The notes below the pieces were generated by a model that saw only the letters and a program-made list of their open reading frames with translations, ran no database searches and was not told where the DNA came from. Position numbers and translations under genes: made by a program. 64,000 nt of DNA from Eledone cirrhosa (taxonomy: Eukaryota): NCBI GenBank assembly GCA_964016885.1, contig OZ024756.1:25854001-25918000 (forward strand), read 5' to 3'. Positions 52,460 to 64,000 of the stretch are shown piece by piece (the first letter of the stretch is position 1; each line of letters starts with the position of its first letter).

Positions 52460-52649
52460 GTTAAATACAGACAACTTAACATCACCCAACCACTTTACAA
52501 AAGACAAACACATGTATGACCATCTGGATCGTTATGATACCTCTTATGCAGTACGGTTTGACCCAAACAAACCAAAGCAGGATTGGAAAAGATCTTGTGA
52601 TGATTCAGACTCTGACTCTACCTATGCCACTGTTGGTGAGAACTCATAG
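52460..52649 (+). CDS. Receptor gene terminal exon F: tyrosine-motif tail
   Basis: GATTTCTAG|, phase 2. Encodes KLNTDNLTSPNHFTKDKHMYDHLDRYDTSYAVRFDPNKPKQDWKRSCDDSDSDSTYATVGENS*, with TAG at 52647-52649. Confidence 0.78.
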
Positions 52650-55163
52650 AAACAAACTGCTGGCAAATCAAATGCAAACTTCTTCAACCAAACTTTTGTT
52701 ATCTTAATCTTTGTGAAACGGGTTTCATCCGTGTCAATCTCAATGTGTGGAGTTTTTTTTTTTTTTGTATATATTTTGTCTCTGCCTCCTTTACGCCTCC
52801 TCATCAGACTCTGGCATAAACAAACTTTCAATTGTTCCATCCACCGTTCTTTGTGACACTCACCGACCTTTCAGCCGAAGCTGGCTGTTATCGTTATTAT
52901 CATTGTTATTGTTGTTATTATTATCTTTCTGGGGTTTGATAAAATAAAGTACCAGAAAAGTACGAGAGGTTAATATAATTTACTTTCTACTCTGCCCCAA
53001 AACTTTTGGTCTTGTGTCTGTTAGAAAGAATTATTATTATTATTAGGGCGGTGGATTGGCAGTATCGGTAGAGGGTCGGACACCATGCTTTGCAGCAAAG
53101 AGTTACGGCCCTTTATGGTCTGAGTTCAAATCCCGCCGAGGTTAACTTTGCCTTTCATCCTTACGGGGTCGATAAAATAAAGTACCAGTAATGCATTGGT
53201 TAATTGCTGGCCTTGTGCCAAAAGTAGAAACAATTATTATTAGGGCGGTTGTTCAGCATATATGTATAAATGGAGAAATAACTATTTCATTGAGAAATGT
53301 GCATATAACTATAGAAATAGTTAAATACAGCTTAAGCTTATAACATACAAAAATATTGTATAAGGGATAAAATGTACAAATAACGTTTTTAGTGATTTTA
53401 ACCACATTATATGCATTTAAAAGAAGTTGATTAAAAATTATTTAGCTATCGGTTTAAAATATTGAGCTGGATTACTTTAATCCTTTAACATTTACATTAC
53501 TCTATTATATATTCATGGTAAAGGGTTTATCTCACAAATCCCGCCGAGGTTAACTTTGCGTTTCATCTTTACGGGGTCGATAAAATGAAGCACCAGTAAT
53601 GCACTAGGGCAATTGCTGGCCTTGTGCTAAAAGTAGAAAAATTATATGGAATCTACGAGATTTTGATGTTATTTATTTTGAGAACAATACGTTAATGTCA
53701 GTATGAGTGGCCGGTTATGGCCAGTTTGAACAGAAAGAGGTGAGAGAATTCTGGCCAGATACAGCCGGTTTAAATGCTAAAGGGTTAATGACACAAAATT
53801 ATCTAATTAAGAGGACAATATTCTTTGTGAAAACTCTTGGTAGAATCAAAACTCCCTGATACTCAGTATCTTCATGTTCCATACTGTATTGTATTCTACT
53901 TTGCACCACATAGTTATCTGTAGCTGAAGACTAGCTTTATCAAAGAATTGCCCTTGCTACTCATCTATAGTCATTACATATGACAGTATGATGGTGAAAC
54001 TGCCTCTTGGTGTGAGTGTATGATTGGGCTGTGTGAGTGGGGAGTGAGGGTTGAGTCTTCAAATGAAGGCTATATTGCAGGTTTTGCTGTCGTTTTGCTG
54101 AGTTTTACTTGAATGAAATGGTGTCGCACTGCTGATGTCTTTGTACTCTGACTAGCTCTGTAGTACTTCAGTACTTTACAAATAGCCACACGTTTGTATA
54201 TATATTTATATTTTAAGTACGGTGTGAGTAAATTAAATGTTAACTGTATTGATTCTACATACACATGCTGCATATGGAGACACAAGTTTTAACTAAGAAA
54301 GAAATGCTTCTTTGAATTCATTATCACACTTTTCCATTTCCAAAAGTGTTGAACAATAGACGTAAAATGATGATGATTTAAATAATGAAGTTAAACTCTT
54401 CCATTAGATAATTTTGTCTTTCATCCTTAGAAGGTCGAAAAAATAAAATACCAGTTAAGTACTGGGATCGGTTTAATCGACTATCCCCTCGCTTCAAATT
54501 ACAGGCTTTGAGCCAAATGTAGAAACAATTGTTATTATCCTATTTCTTATCCCTCTTGAAAGCTCTTCTCTTGTAAATATTACTTCGCTGCAGACCACTT
54601 CACAAAAATATTAAATGAACATTGTGTGTGTGTGTGTGCGCGTGTGCGTGCGTGCGTGCATGCGTGCGTGTGGATTGTGCTACAGAATTATTCTTTTATT
54701 ACTGATTTCAGTCATTAGACTGAGGCAATGGACGTTTGGCAATAATTGCCATATGAATGGTAACCTGCAAAAAACTATCATTATCTAAAAATTTTGTAAA
54801 ATTTGTGTTTTTGTTGTTTTTTTGTATGTATACATTGCTATCTTTAAACATTCCTCTTAATTTGGTGGCAATGTATGAAAGCCACAGCCACCTCTATGGT
54901 GTATTGTTCAAAGCCTAGATGTTGAGAAATGTCTACTCGCCATTTGTTTTTTTTTTGTTTTTTATTATTATGCTACCCTCTCCCCCAAATAAAAAATAAA
55001 TGAATAATAAAAATATAAACATTTGATGTCTGAGATGTGGTATAGTTGTCTAATAAGCCAGAATCAGTTCTGTATGAGCAAGACATGGTCACCTGCTAGT
55101 GTGGAAAAATAGACGTAAAACGGTGGTGATGATGATGTATATATATATATCATCATTATCATG

Positions 55164-55198
<35 letters not shown>

Positions 55199-55734
55199 GC
55201 ACCACAAAACATCCAGCCCACAAGTGGTCATGTAGGAGACACAGCAAAAAGCACCCACCACACACTGTAAATGTGGTTGGCGTTAGGAAGGGCATCCAGC
55301 GATGGAAAACCAGCCAGAAACAGTCCTACATGAGCGAGACATGGTTGCCCGACCCAACTTACCTTTAAATGGGACAAACCCGTCTAACCCATGCTAGCGT
55401 GGAAAATAAACATTAAATGATGATGATGATATCTGGGTTTTCAAAGCTGGTGAATTGATAGTCATTGCAGTATCAAGGGTTAAATGCATCGGCTCTTCTT
55501 CATCATCTTGAGTTCAAATCTCACTGAGGTCAACTTTGCCTTTCATACTTCTGGTTTCAATAAAATAAACTACCAGTCGGTATCAAACCACTTTAGCAAG
55601 ATATTCTTGAAAAGTTTAAAATGTGTGTATGTGTATATATATATATATATATATATGCATGTGTGTGTGTATATATATGTATATGTGTGTGTGTGTATAT
55701 ATGTATGTGTGTGTGTGTGTGTGTACATATATGC

Positions 55735-55775
<41 letters not shown>

Positions 55776-55855
55776 AAAGTTCTATTTAAAATTGTTGGGA
55801 TACAAGTAAATATTTTTATAACTGATATAAAGCACTCGACAAATTTTTGGAGTAG

Positions 55856-56846
55856 ATATACGATATTAATAAATGGAAACTATATTTATAAAACCATATT
55901 TATTTCATTATACATATTTCAGGGATACCACATTAAATTATGGTATGCCTTCATCAGACAAAATACAATATATAACAGTTTTACAAATAGGTTTGACGTA
56001 CCCTTTAAAATACAACCATTACTTTTGGAGGCTGTCTGGATAGTGATTTGTTCATATAATAAGTCATAGTGTTAAGCACAATTAGAAAAAGACGGAGAGA
56101 AAGAAAGAGAAAAGAACAAAGACAGAGAGAGAAAGAAAAGAGAAAGAAAACCTGGAGAAATATCGGAGAGAGAGAGAGAGAGAGAGAGAAAAGTATGGAG
56201 AAAAGAAAGAGATAGATAAAGATAGGAGGAAATAAAAAAGAAAGAAAAGCAAGGAATAAGAAAAACAAAGGAAAGCAACAGAGAGATATCAAGTCATCAT
56301 ACAGAAAGAGAAACTCAAGAGAGAGAATACTATATAGAGAGAGGGGGACAGTGACAACTTTATATACTCTATATACTTTATATACTATATACTCTATATA
56401 GTATTTCTCTCTCTTGAGTTTCTCTTTCTGTATGATGACTTGATATCTCTCTGTTACTTTCCTTTGTTTTTCTTATTCCTTCCTTTTCTTTCTTTTTTAT
56501 TTCCTCCTATCTTTATCTATTTCTTTTCTCCATACTTTTCTCTCTCTCTCCGATATTTCTCCAGGTTTTCTTTCTCTCTCTCTGTCTTTGTTCTTTTCTC
56601 TTTCTTTCTCTCCGTCTTTTTCTAATTGTGCTTAACACTATGACTTATTATATGAACAAATCACTGTCCAGACAGCCTCCAAAAGTAATGGTTGTATTTT
56701 AAAGGGTATGTCAAACCTATTTGTAAAACTGTTATATATTGTATTTTGTCTGATGAAGGCATACCATAATTTAATGTGGTATCCCTGAAATATGTATAAT
56801 GAAATAAATATGGTTTTATAAATATAGTTTCCATTTATTAATATCG

Positions 56847-56851
<5 letters not shown>
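55856..56851. repeat. Large foldback inverted repeat (arms about 460-480 bp, spacer about 50 nt)
   Basis: 55856-56339 is the near-perfect reverse complement of 56392-56851, differing mainly in (GA)n tract lengths. Confidence 0.93.
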
Positions 56852-56880
<29 letters not shown>

Positions 56881-58300
56881 AAGCTTGCAATCGAAAGGTT
56901 GTGAGTTCAATTCTCAGACCGGGTGATGTGTTGTTTCCTTGAGCAAGACACTTTATTTCACATTGCTCCAGTTTCCTCAGCTGTAGAAATAAGATGATAG
57001 GGACTGGGGTCCCTATCATTCCACTGCAAAGTGGTCGTGGAGGTGCCACGGCAAAAAAGCACCCAGCACTCACTGTAAATGAGGTTGGTGTTAGGAAGGG
57101 CATCCAGCTGTAGAAATCAAGCCAGAATCAGTTCCCGTCCCACCCTTGCAAGCAGGGAAAAAGTGGACGTAAAATGAAATGATGATATATATATATATGT
57201 GTGTGTGTGTGTATATATACACACACACATATATATATATCATATATATATATATAATCATATACATCTATATATATTTCTGTGTATATAACAACAGGTA
57301 ACAGCCAGTAGCTAAATGGTTGCTATCAAATTTCATTCATCCTCTACACACAAACATTTACAGACACACCCATTACACCCACACAACCATAGCAACCATC
57401 ACATCCATCTCAGTCACTCAACATCATTAATGATATCTGCATCATTCCAACTTCAATAGAAATAGAAGACATGAAAGACCATCTGTTTGTATTCATAAGA
57501 ATTGTCTGACTCAGTGCCAAGTAATTTAGTAGCAACTTGTTGTGGATAGGTGGGTTTTCAATGGCTTAGATTTACCCCAGTATATTACTGCTACTTGCAT
57601 GGCAAAGTGGTTAAGAAGTTTACTTTGCAATTATATGTTTCTGGGTTCAATTCCACTGCATGATATCTTGGGTAAATTCCATTACCACAAGCCTCGACCA
57701 ACCTAAGCCATGTGAGTGAAATCGGGAAGATGAAGACTGCTGGGAAGGCCATATTATAAATCAAAAGGTCAACCTTGTCACATACTGTGTCACGCTGAAG
57801 TTTCCTGAAAATTAAGTCACAAGTACACATATCTGTGGTCACGCTATAATTGTTTTTACTTTTGGCACAAAGCCAACAATTACCCCAGTGCATTACTGGT
57901 GCTTCATTTTATCAACCCCCGTAAGGATGAAAGGCAAAGTTAACCTCAGCGGAATTTGAACTCAGTAATGGGTCATAGCTCTATGCTGCAAAGCATAGTG
58001 TCTGACGCTCTACTGATATTGCCAATCCACACTATAATACAAAATAAAATGGACTTGTAATTCAAAGAACTGTTTTCCATGCTTGCATTGGTTGAACTGG
58101 ACCTTCACAACACAGCTTTCTTTCTGTTGAAATGGCAAGAGTTCAGCTATCAGGTCCTGACTCTTTATAATATATATATATATCAATGATATTAATAAAT
58201 GGAAACTATATATTTCAAGGGTACCAAAATTTTGGTATGCTCTCATCAGATAAAATACAAAAGTTAGATAACTCTTTGCTTATATATATATATATATATA

Positions 58301-58577
58301 TAGTTATGTAATAAACAACATAAGGCAATTATTCCATTTACCAGTGGTTTCTTAAAAGCAAAAATTTTGCTTTCAATCATCAGAATGAAAAAATCCTGGT
58401 CTGTTTATTGAATTTGGATTTAAAATCCAAATTCAATAAACAGACCAGGATTTAAAATCCAAATTCAATAAACAGACCAGGATTTTTTTCATTCTAATGA
58501 TTGAAAGCAAAATTTTTTGCTTTTAAGAAACCACTGGTAAATGGAATAATTACCTTATGTTGTTTATTACATAACTA
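58301..58577. repeat. Foldback palindrome (about 120-bp arms) with a tandem duplication at the centre
   Basis: TAGTTATGTAATAAACAAC...GAATTTGGATTT|AAAATCCAAATTCAATAAACAGACCAGGATTT (x2)...GTTGTTTATTACATAACTA. Confidence 0.9.
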
Positions 58578-61500
58578 TTAAGCTCTGTTACCTACATAGA
58601 GCACTCTTTTTTCCTGGACTTTTCCGACGGAATTACTTCATTTACACATATATATATATATTATATATATACATTTATAATAATATACATATCATCATCA
58701 CCATTTTACATCCATTCTTCCATGTTAGCATTGGTTAGACGAGTTGTCCTGTTGTAGGCAATGCTAGGTCAGGTGACCATGCCTTGCTCATACAGAACTG
58801 ATTCTTGCTTGATTTCTACAGCTGGATGCCCTTTTTAACGGCAACCTCTTTTACAGTGAGTACTGGGTGTTTCTTGTCGTGACACCTACACAACTACTTT
58901 ACAGTGTGGGCTAGGTGCTTTTTGTTGTGACATCTACACGACCACTTTAAAGTGTTGGCTGGGGGCTTCACTGGATGCATACTTCAGCCTGACCTCATGG
59001 GAGGGTGGAGTGGGGCATACTGTATATATGCTTCAGCTTCAGCCTATGCCCGTGGGGAGCCTGGTCTTCTGTATATACATAGATATATATACACACACAT
59101 ATATATGTGTTTACATGTATATATATGAGTGTATGTGTATATATAGTTCTTGCTTCAAATATCATGTCTGATTTGAAAATGTTAAAAGTATCATTTCTTT
59201 TGAAAATTCTGTTTGACATTCAGTTGTTAATGGCTGCCACAATCAAACCACTTACGTAACATCAAATTTCTGTGGAATATGAGTGTACTGAACATATATA
59301 ATGTTCCAGTTGTTGGAACTCCTGTGGTTACAGCTAGTGTTCCACATGTTGGAATTCCGATGTTTACAACATCCAGTGTTCTGGATGTTGGAACTCCCAT
59401 GGTTACAATCTCCAATATTGTAGTTCTTGGAACTCTGGTTGTAACAATGTCCAGAGGTCTGCTTGTTGGAACAATGGAACAGCCTGTTCATGAAATTAAT
59501 ACATAATTGGCTGAGTATTCCACAAACACGTGTACCCTTCATGAAATTATTAAGGAAATTCAATATAGCAATGTGTTACAAGTCTGATCATTTGAATTAC
59601 AGGCACAATTGATTCTTACTAGCTTAGTGAACAAAACTAACGTAAAATAATGTGTCTTGCTCAAGAACACATGCCATCCTGTCCAGGAATCAAACTCACT
59701 AACTTACAATTGTGAGCCAAACACCCTAACTACTAAGCCACATCTTATGGTACTCTGTCGGTAATGACGATGACAATTGTGAGCCAAACACCCTAACTAC
59801 TAAGCTACATCTTATGGCACTCCGTCGGTTATGACGATGAGTGTTCCAATTTATCCGATCAACAGAATAGCCTGCTCATGAAATTAACGTGCAAGTGGCT
59901 GAGCATTCCGCAGACATGCGTACCTTTAAAGTTGTTCTCTGGGAGATTCAGCATGACACTGAACATGACAAGGCTGCCTCTTCGAATTACAGAAACCACT
60001 CATTTTTGCTAGCTGAGTGGACTGGAGCAATGTGAAATAAAGTGACTTGCTCAAGGACACAACATGCCGCCAGGAATCAAACTCACAACCTTACGATTGT
60101 GTGCCGAATACCTAAGCCACATAATAATACTGCAAATAACAAACAGGTGATGTATATTTTGGAGTCTATTGTAACTAGTTGAAACAGACATGGGTGTGTG
60201 GTTAAGGAGTTCGCTTCCCAACCAGGTGGTTTCCAGTTTAGTCCCACTGTGTGGAATTTTGGACAAGTGTTTTCTATTATAGCTTTGGATTGATCAATAC
60301 CTTGTGAGTGGAATTTGGTAGACAGAAGTTGATCATATATATATATATGTGGAGAAATAAATATATATATATATATATATATATAAACGAGAAGTGTAAG
60401 TCAACAGGTTAAAATATTCATATTTGTTGTTATATATATTTTGGTGATAACCCTTATGCAACAGCTAGAACTTGAACAGAAAAACATAACGATGGAATAG
60501 AACTTATTTCGATTTTTTTTATATGCATGGTTAGATGAGTTGCCCTGTTGTGAGACAAGTCAGATCAGATGACTGTGTCTTGCTCATACAGTACTGTTTC
60601 TATGGCTGGATGCCCTTCATAATGCCAACCACATTTACAGTGTGGACTAGGTACTATTTATTGTGGCACCAAAATTACTACATTATAATGTAGACTGGAC
60701 GTGTTTTGTCATGTCACCAAATCAACATTTTTACAATGTGGGCAGGGTACTTTGTTGTGTCACCAAGGTTGGGCTGGCGCTTTTTGTCATATCACCATCA
60801 CCACTCTACAGGGTAGACTGGGTATCTCCTGTCATGTCTCCAACATGTTACCTTACAGGGAGGTACTTATACGTATCTTCATCATCATCATTTAACGTCT
60901 ATCTTCCACGCTAGCATGGGTTAGACTGTATATATATATATATAAACAACATTTGTAAATAAACCATCAGACTTGAGTGAATTGAAATTCTTAGTAAATG
61001 TAGAACATCTCCAACAAAGAAAACAACTGATTGCTATAAATAATAGCTTAGAAAATCGGGTAAAATACCCCTAGTGATGGAAGAAAGTGGCTAGCAGTTT
61101 CTACAGAGAATCGTTTAGCTCAATCGAACATTTGACTTGGGTGGCCCACAATATCTGTTCAGTTTTGCGACCCTTGTACTCGGAATCCCGATGGTAGGGA
61201 ATCTGATGGCGAGAGAGAAATCAAGCCCCTCCGTGACTTCGAGTCTCAAGGACAATATCGCTTATTTCTGTGAGCCTCTCGTGCTGCCCACCAATGGTAA
61301 TATAGTGCCCACAATCCACTTCCGACAGCACGAAACGCCTTTGAGACAGAGTCAACCTCACACTAATTGATGGCGGTGGTACATGTGCTGGCCTCAAGCG
61401 ACACTGAACTCTGGCCCACACCAGATGTATTATAAGCGCTTTGTCATAAATATTCGGACTCCTAGCCAACGCAGGGCCGTTCCAGCCCCAGCCAGTAACC

Positions 61501-61958
61501 TTTCCCCGGCCGTGTCAAGTGAGGAGGTTAGCTGCCCTGAGATCCTTCAGCCGCATTGGCATAGTGGACGGCCTGCACCGCGGTCACCGCATAGACCTTA
61601 TCTCGCCTCAAGATAAATGCATGAGATTTTGATTGCCCCCACTCACATCCGTATGTAAGGCGTTTCCGAAGTTATGAAGCGTGTGTTGAATAAGACAGAC
61701 ACATTTATCTCCCTTCGCTATCGCTCCGTAAAAGGGAAATAAATCTTCACGTTTTATTACTCACGTTCTATATCGGTTAAGCCTTAAAAAATACATTTCT
61801 AATATTGTTTTATATGGGGTGGTCATCATATTGCCAATGTTTCAAATCACAATTTCACATCAAGTATCTTGCAAAACAAATACATAATGTGATTTCTAAT
61901 ATGACAAAAGGAAAATATTTTTTTAAAGAGAAATGGGAGTGGTGGGGGTACTCTACAT

Positions 61959-62293
61959 AAAAGGTTCTCAAACTTTTTGGGCCACCGTCCCGCTCACGGC
62001 CACGTAATACCTTCAGCGGCCGCCCACCTCATTTCCAGAGAGAGAGCTGCCTAAACGCAAATTGTAAATAATATATAAAAAATAAAATCATTAATTCATA
62101 TATAATAAATAAGATAATATATACTATGTATAAATAAATATTATATATTTTTTTATTTTACTATATTTATATATATGTATCATTTAATATTTTATATATC
62201 TTTATATCATCTCTAACCCTTAAGCCGCAGCGCCCTCCTGGACCTTCTCCAACGCCCCCTGGTGGGCGGTAGCACCCTTTTTGAGAACCTCTG
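61959..62293. mobile_element. hAT-like MITE
   Basis: Termini AAAAGGTTCTCAA / TTGAGAACCTCTG flanked by an 8-bp TSD CTCTACAT / TTCTACAT. Confidence 0.7.
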
Positions 62294-63019
62294 TTCTACA
62301 TCCTTCAACTGGACACAGAGAAGATGACAAAGGACATTGCCATGGTGAACAGCCAGGCGAATGTTATGCTACCCAATGAGGTTCCTTCCCCAGGCATAAT
62401 GTCATCATCATCACTGTTTTTCGTCCATTCTTCCACGCTAGCATGGGTTAGACAAGTTGTCCTGTTGTTGGCAATGCCAGATCAGGTGACCATGTCTCAC
62501 TCATACAGGACTGATTTCTACAGCTGGATGCCCTTCCTAACTCGAACCTCATTTACAGTGAGTACTGGTTTCTTTTTTACCGTGACACCTACACGACCAC
62601 TTTACAGGGGGGCATACTGTCTATATGCTTCATCACTCAGATTTATTTACATGACTCACACTTATATTTTATGGATAGTCCCCACTAGCTGAATTTCAAT
62701 AGGACTTTAAATGAAACAAAAATAGTTTTGAAAGAAGAATTTATTCATAAACAGAAACATAAGTTTTTTTTTTTTTAATTGCAAGACATTTATGGTGGTC
62801 TCTTTCTTGTTCACTCTGTTTCCCATACTCTTTTGCCACCCACTTCTCCAACCATAGATGTATGTATATTTAATATGTCTCAGTTTGTCTTTGATATAAA
62901 TAGGGTTTGACTATAGCCCTCTTTGTGGCCAGAAGAATATGGTTTCTAATCTTCTGATGAAACCCGTAAAGGCAATTTCTCATGTATTTTTTCTTTGTAT
63001 TATGGAAATAACAATGTTT

Positions 63020-63365
63020 TTCATCTTTTCTTCGCCCACTTATTCCTGATGGGGTCTTAGGGGCAGAGTCCTCAAGCACTTCTTCCAGCAGGTCATGTCA
63101 GAAGCAACCATTTTCAACTGATCCTGTTGGATCCCCAAACAAGACTAGCCAAGCTATGGATGTTATCCAACCATCTTGCTCAAGATCTACTCCTGTGTCC
63201 CCTGCCTGTTGGTTTCACCCATAAAATCTGTCCAGCGATTCTTTCCTGAGACATTCTAACCACATGCCCATAGTATCGGAGCTGTGATCTCTCAATTTGG
63301 AGAAGTAGCAGCTCTACCTGGAGGGTCTCTCTGATCTCCGAGCTATGCAATTTATCAAGTAATGT
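63020..63365 (-). mobile_element. RTE/Expander-like LINE 3' fragment
   Basis: The minus strand encodes QIERSQLRYYGHVVRMSQERIAGQIL...PTGRG...RWLDNI. Confidence 0.75.
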
Positions 63366-64000
63366 TGTTTTCCATATTTATTGAAATTTTCACAACAAGG
63401 CTCAAAAACTATAATTATACCTACATTGAACTTATGTTAGAATTTATGATATATAGTGTGTTGTGCATAAATAACATGCAACAGGGATAGTCAAAACAGA
63501 AGTATAATTGGTATAAAAATATAACAACAATGCTCAGAGCAGAAATATGAAAATAATAAATATTAAATATTTATTGCAATTAAATTCTTTGGAGAAACAA
63601 AATTGTTTTCTTTATTTGGAGTGAGTTACTTTTCATTCAATTGTTTTATATTAGCAACACGACAAGATGATTATTATCGCCATTCTTAACTCATCAGATA
63701 AGTGTGAATATTTCATATTACAGCTGTTTGTGCTGGGCCCTTAAACAATATACTTAACTATACCATATTAGAACCTTAAACAATACATTAAACTATTCCA
63801 TGTTTGAATCTGAAACCATACATTTAACTATCCTTCCTCAGACTATTTAACCCTTTTGTGACCATATTTCTAATGGAATACACTATATTTCAATTAATTT
63901 ATGAAAAATTTGTGAGGGATTTACTAAAATTATTAATTATTTCATTTCAAAGATAGTAACTTACGAAATGGCTCTTGTATAAAGTTTTGTTTGAAGAATT

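Noticed and set aside
61130-61700. GC-richer segment with short ORFs, possibly an LTR-retrotransposon remnant
   Set aside because: No recognisable protein motif or terminal repeat, so left unannotated.

Overview
AT-rich, repeat-dense animal genomic DNA with one 200-N gap. The SINE types and (TA)n/(CA)n load suggest a mollusc, probably an octopod cephalopod (inference). Two host genes are supported. (1) A ZNF800-like zinc-finger gene on the minus strand, with the whole 1067-aa CDS in one exon (17272-14069). (2) A multi-exon plus-strand gene that the ORF track shows only in fragments. Six GT-AG exons (47347-52649) join with consistent phases into about 336 aa: a divergent SUEL/Gal_Lectin-like Cys domain, a CUB-like domain, a stalk, one TM helix and a cytoplasmic tail with two ITIM-consensus motifs plus YDHL. 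It is a candidate invertebrate inhibitory receptor and the most interesting item here; its first (signal peptide) exon is not securely identified. The rest is transposon debris: CRE-like, RTE and CR1 non-LTR elements, a mariner, Helitrons, piggyBac-, hAT- and pogo-like MITEs, and two tRNA-headed SINE families. There are also several minisatellites, one of them born from a CR1 3' end, a set of foldback inverted repeats, and several degenerate minimal-hammerhead-like cores of the Penelope type. Repeat boundaries were read by eye and are approximate.
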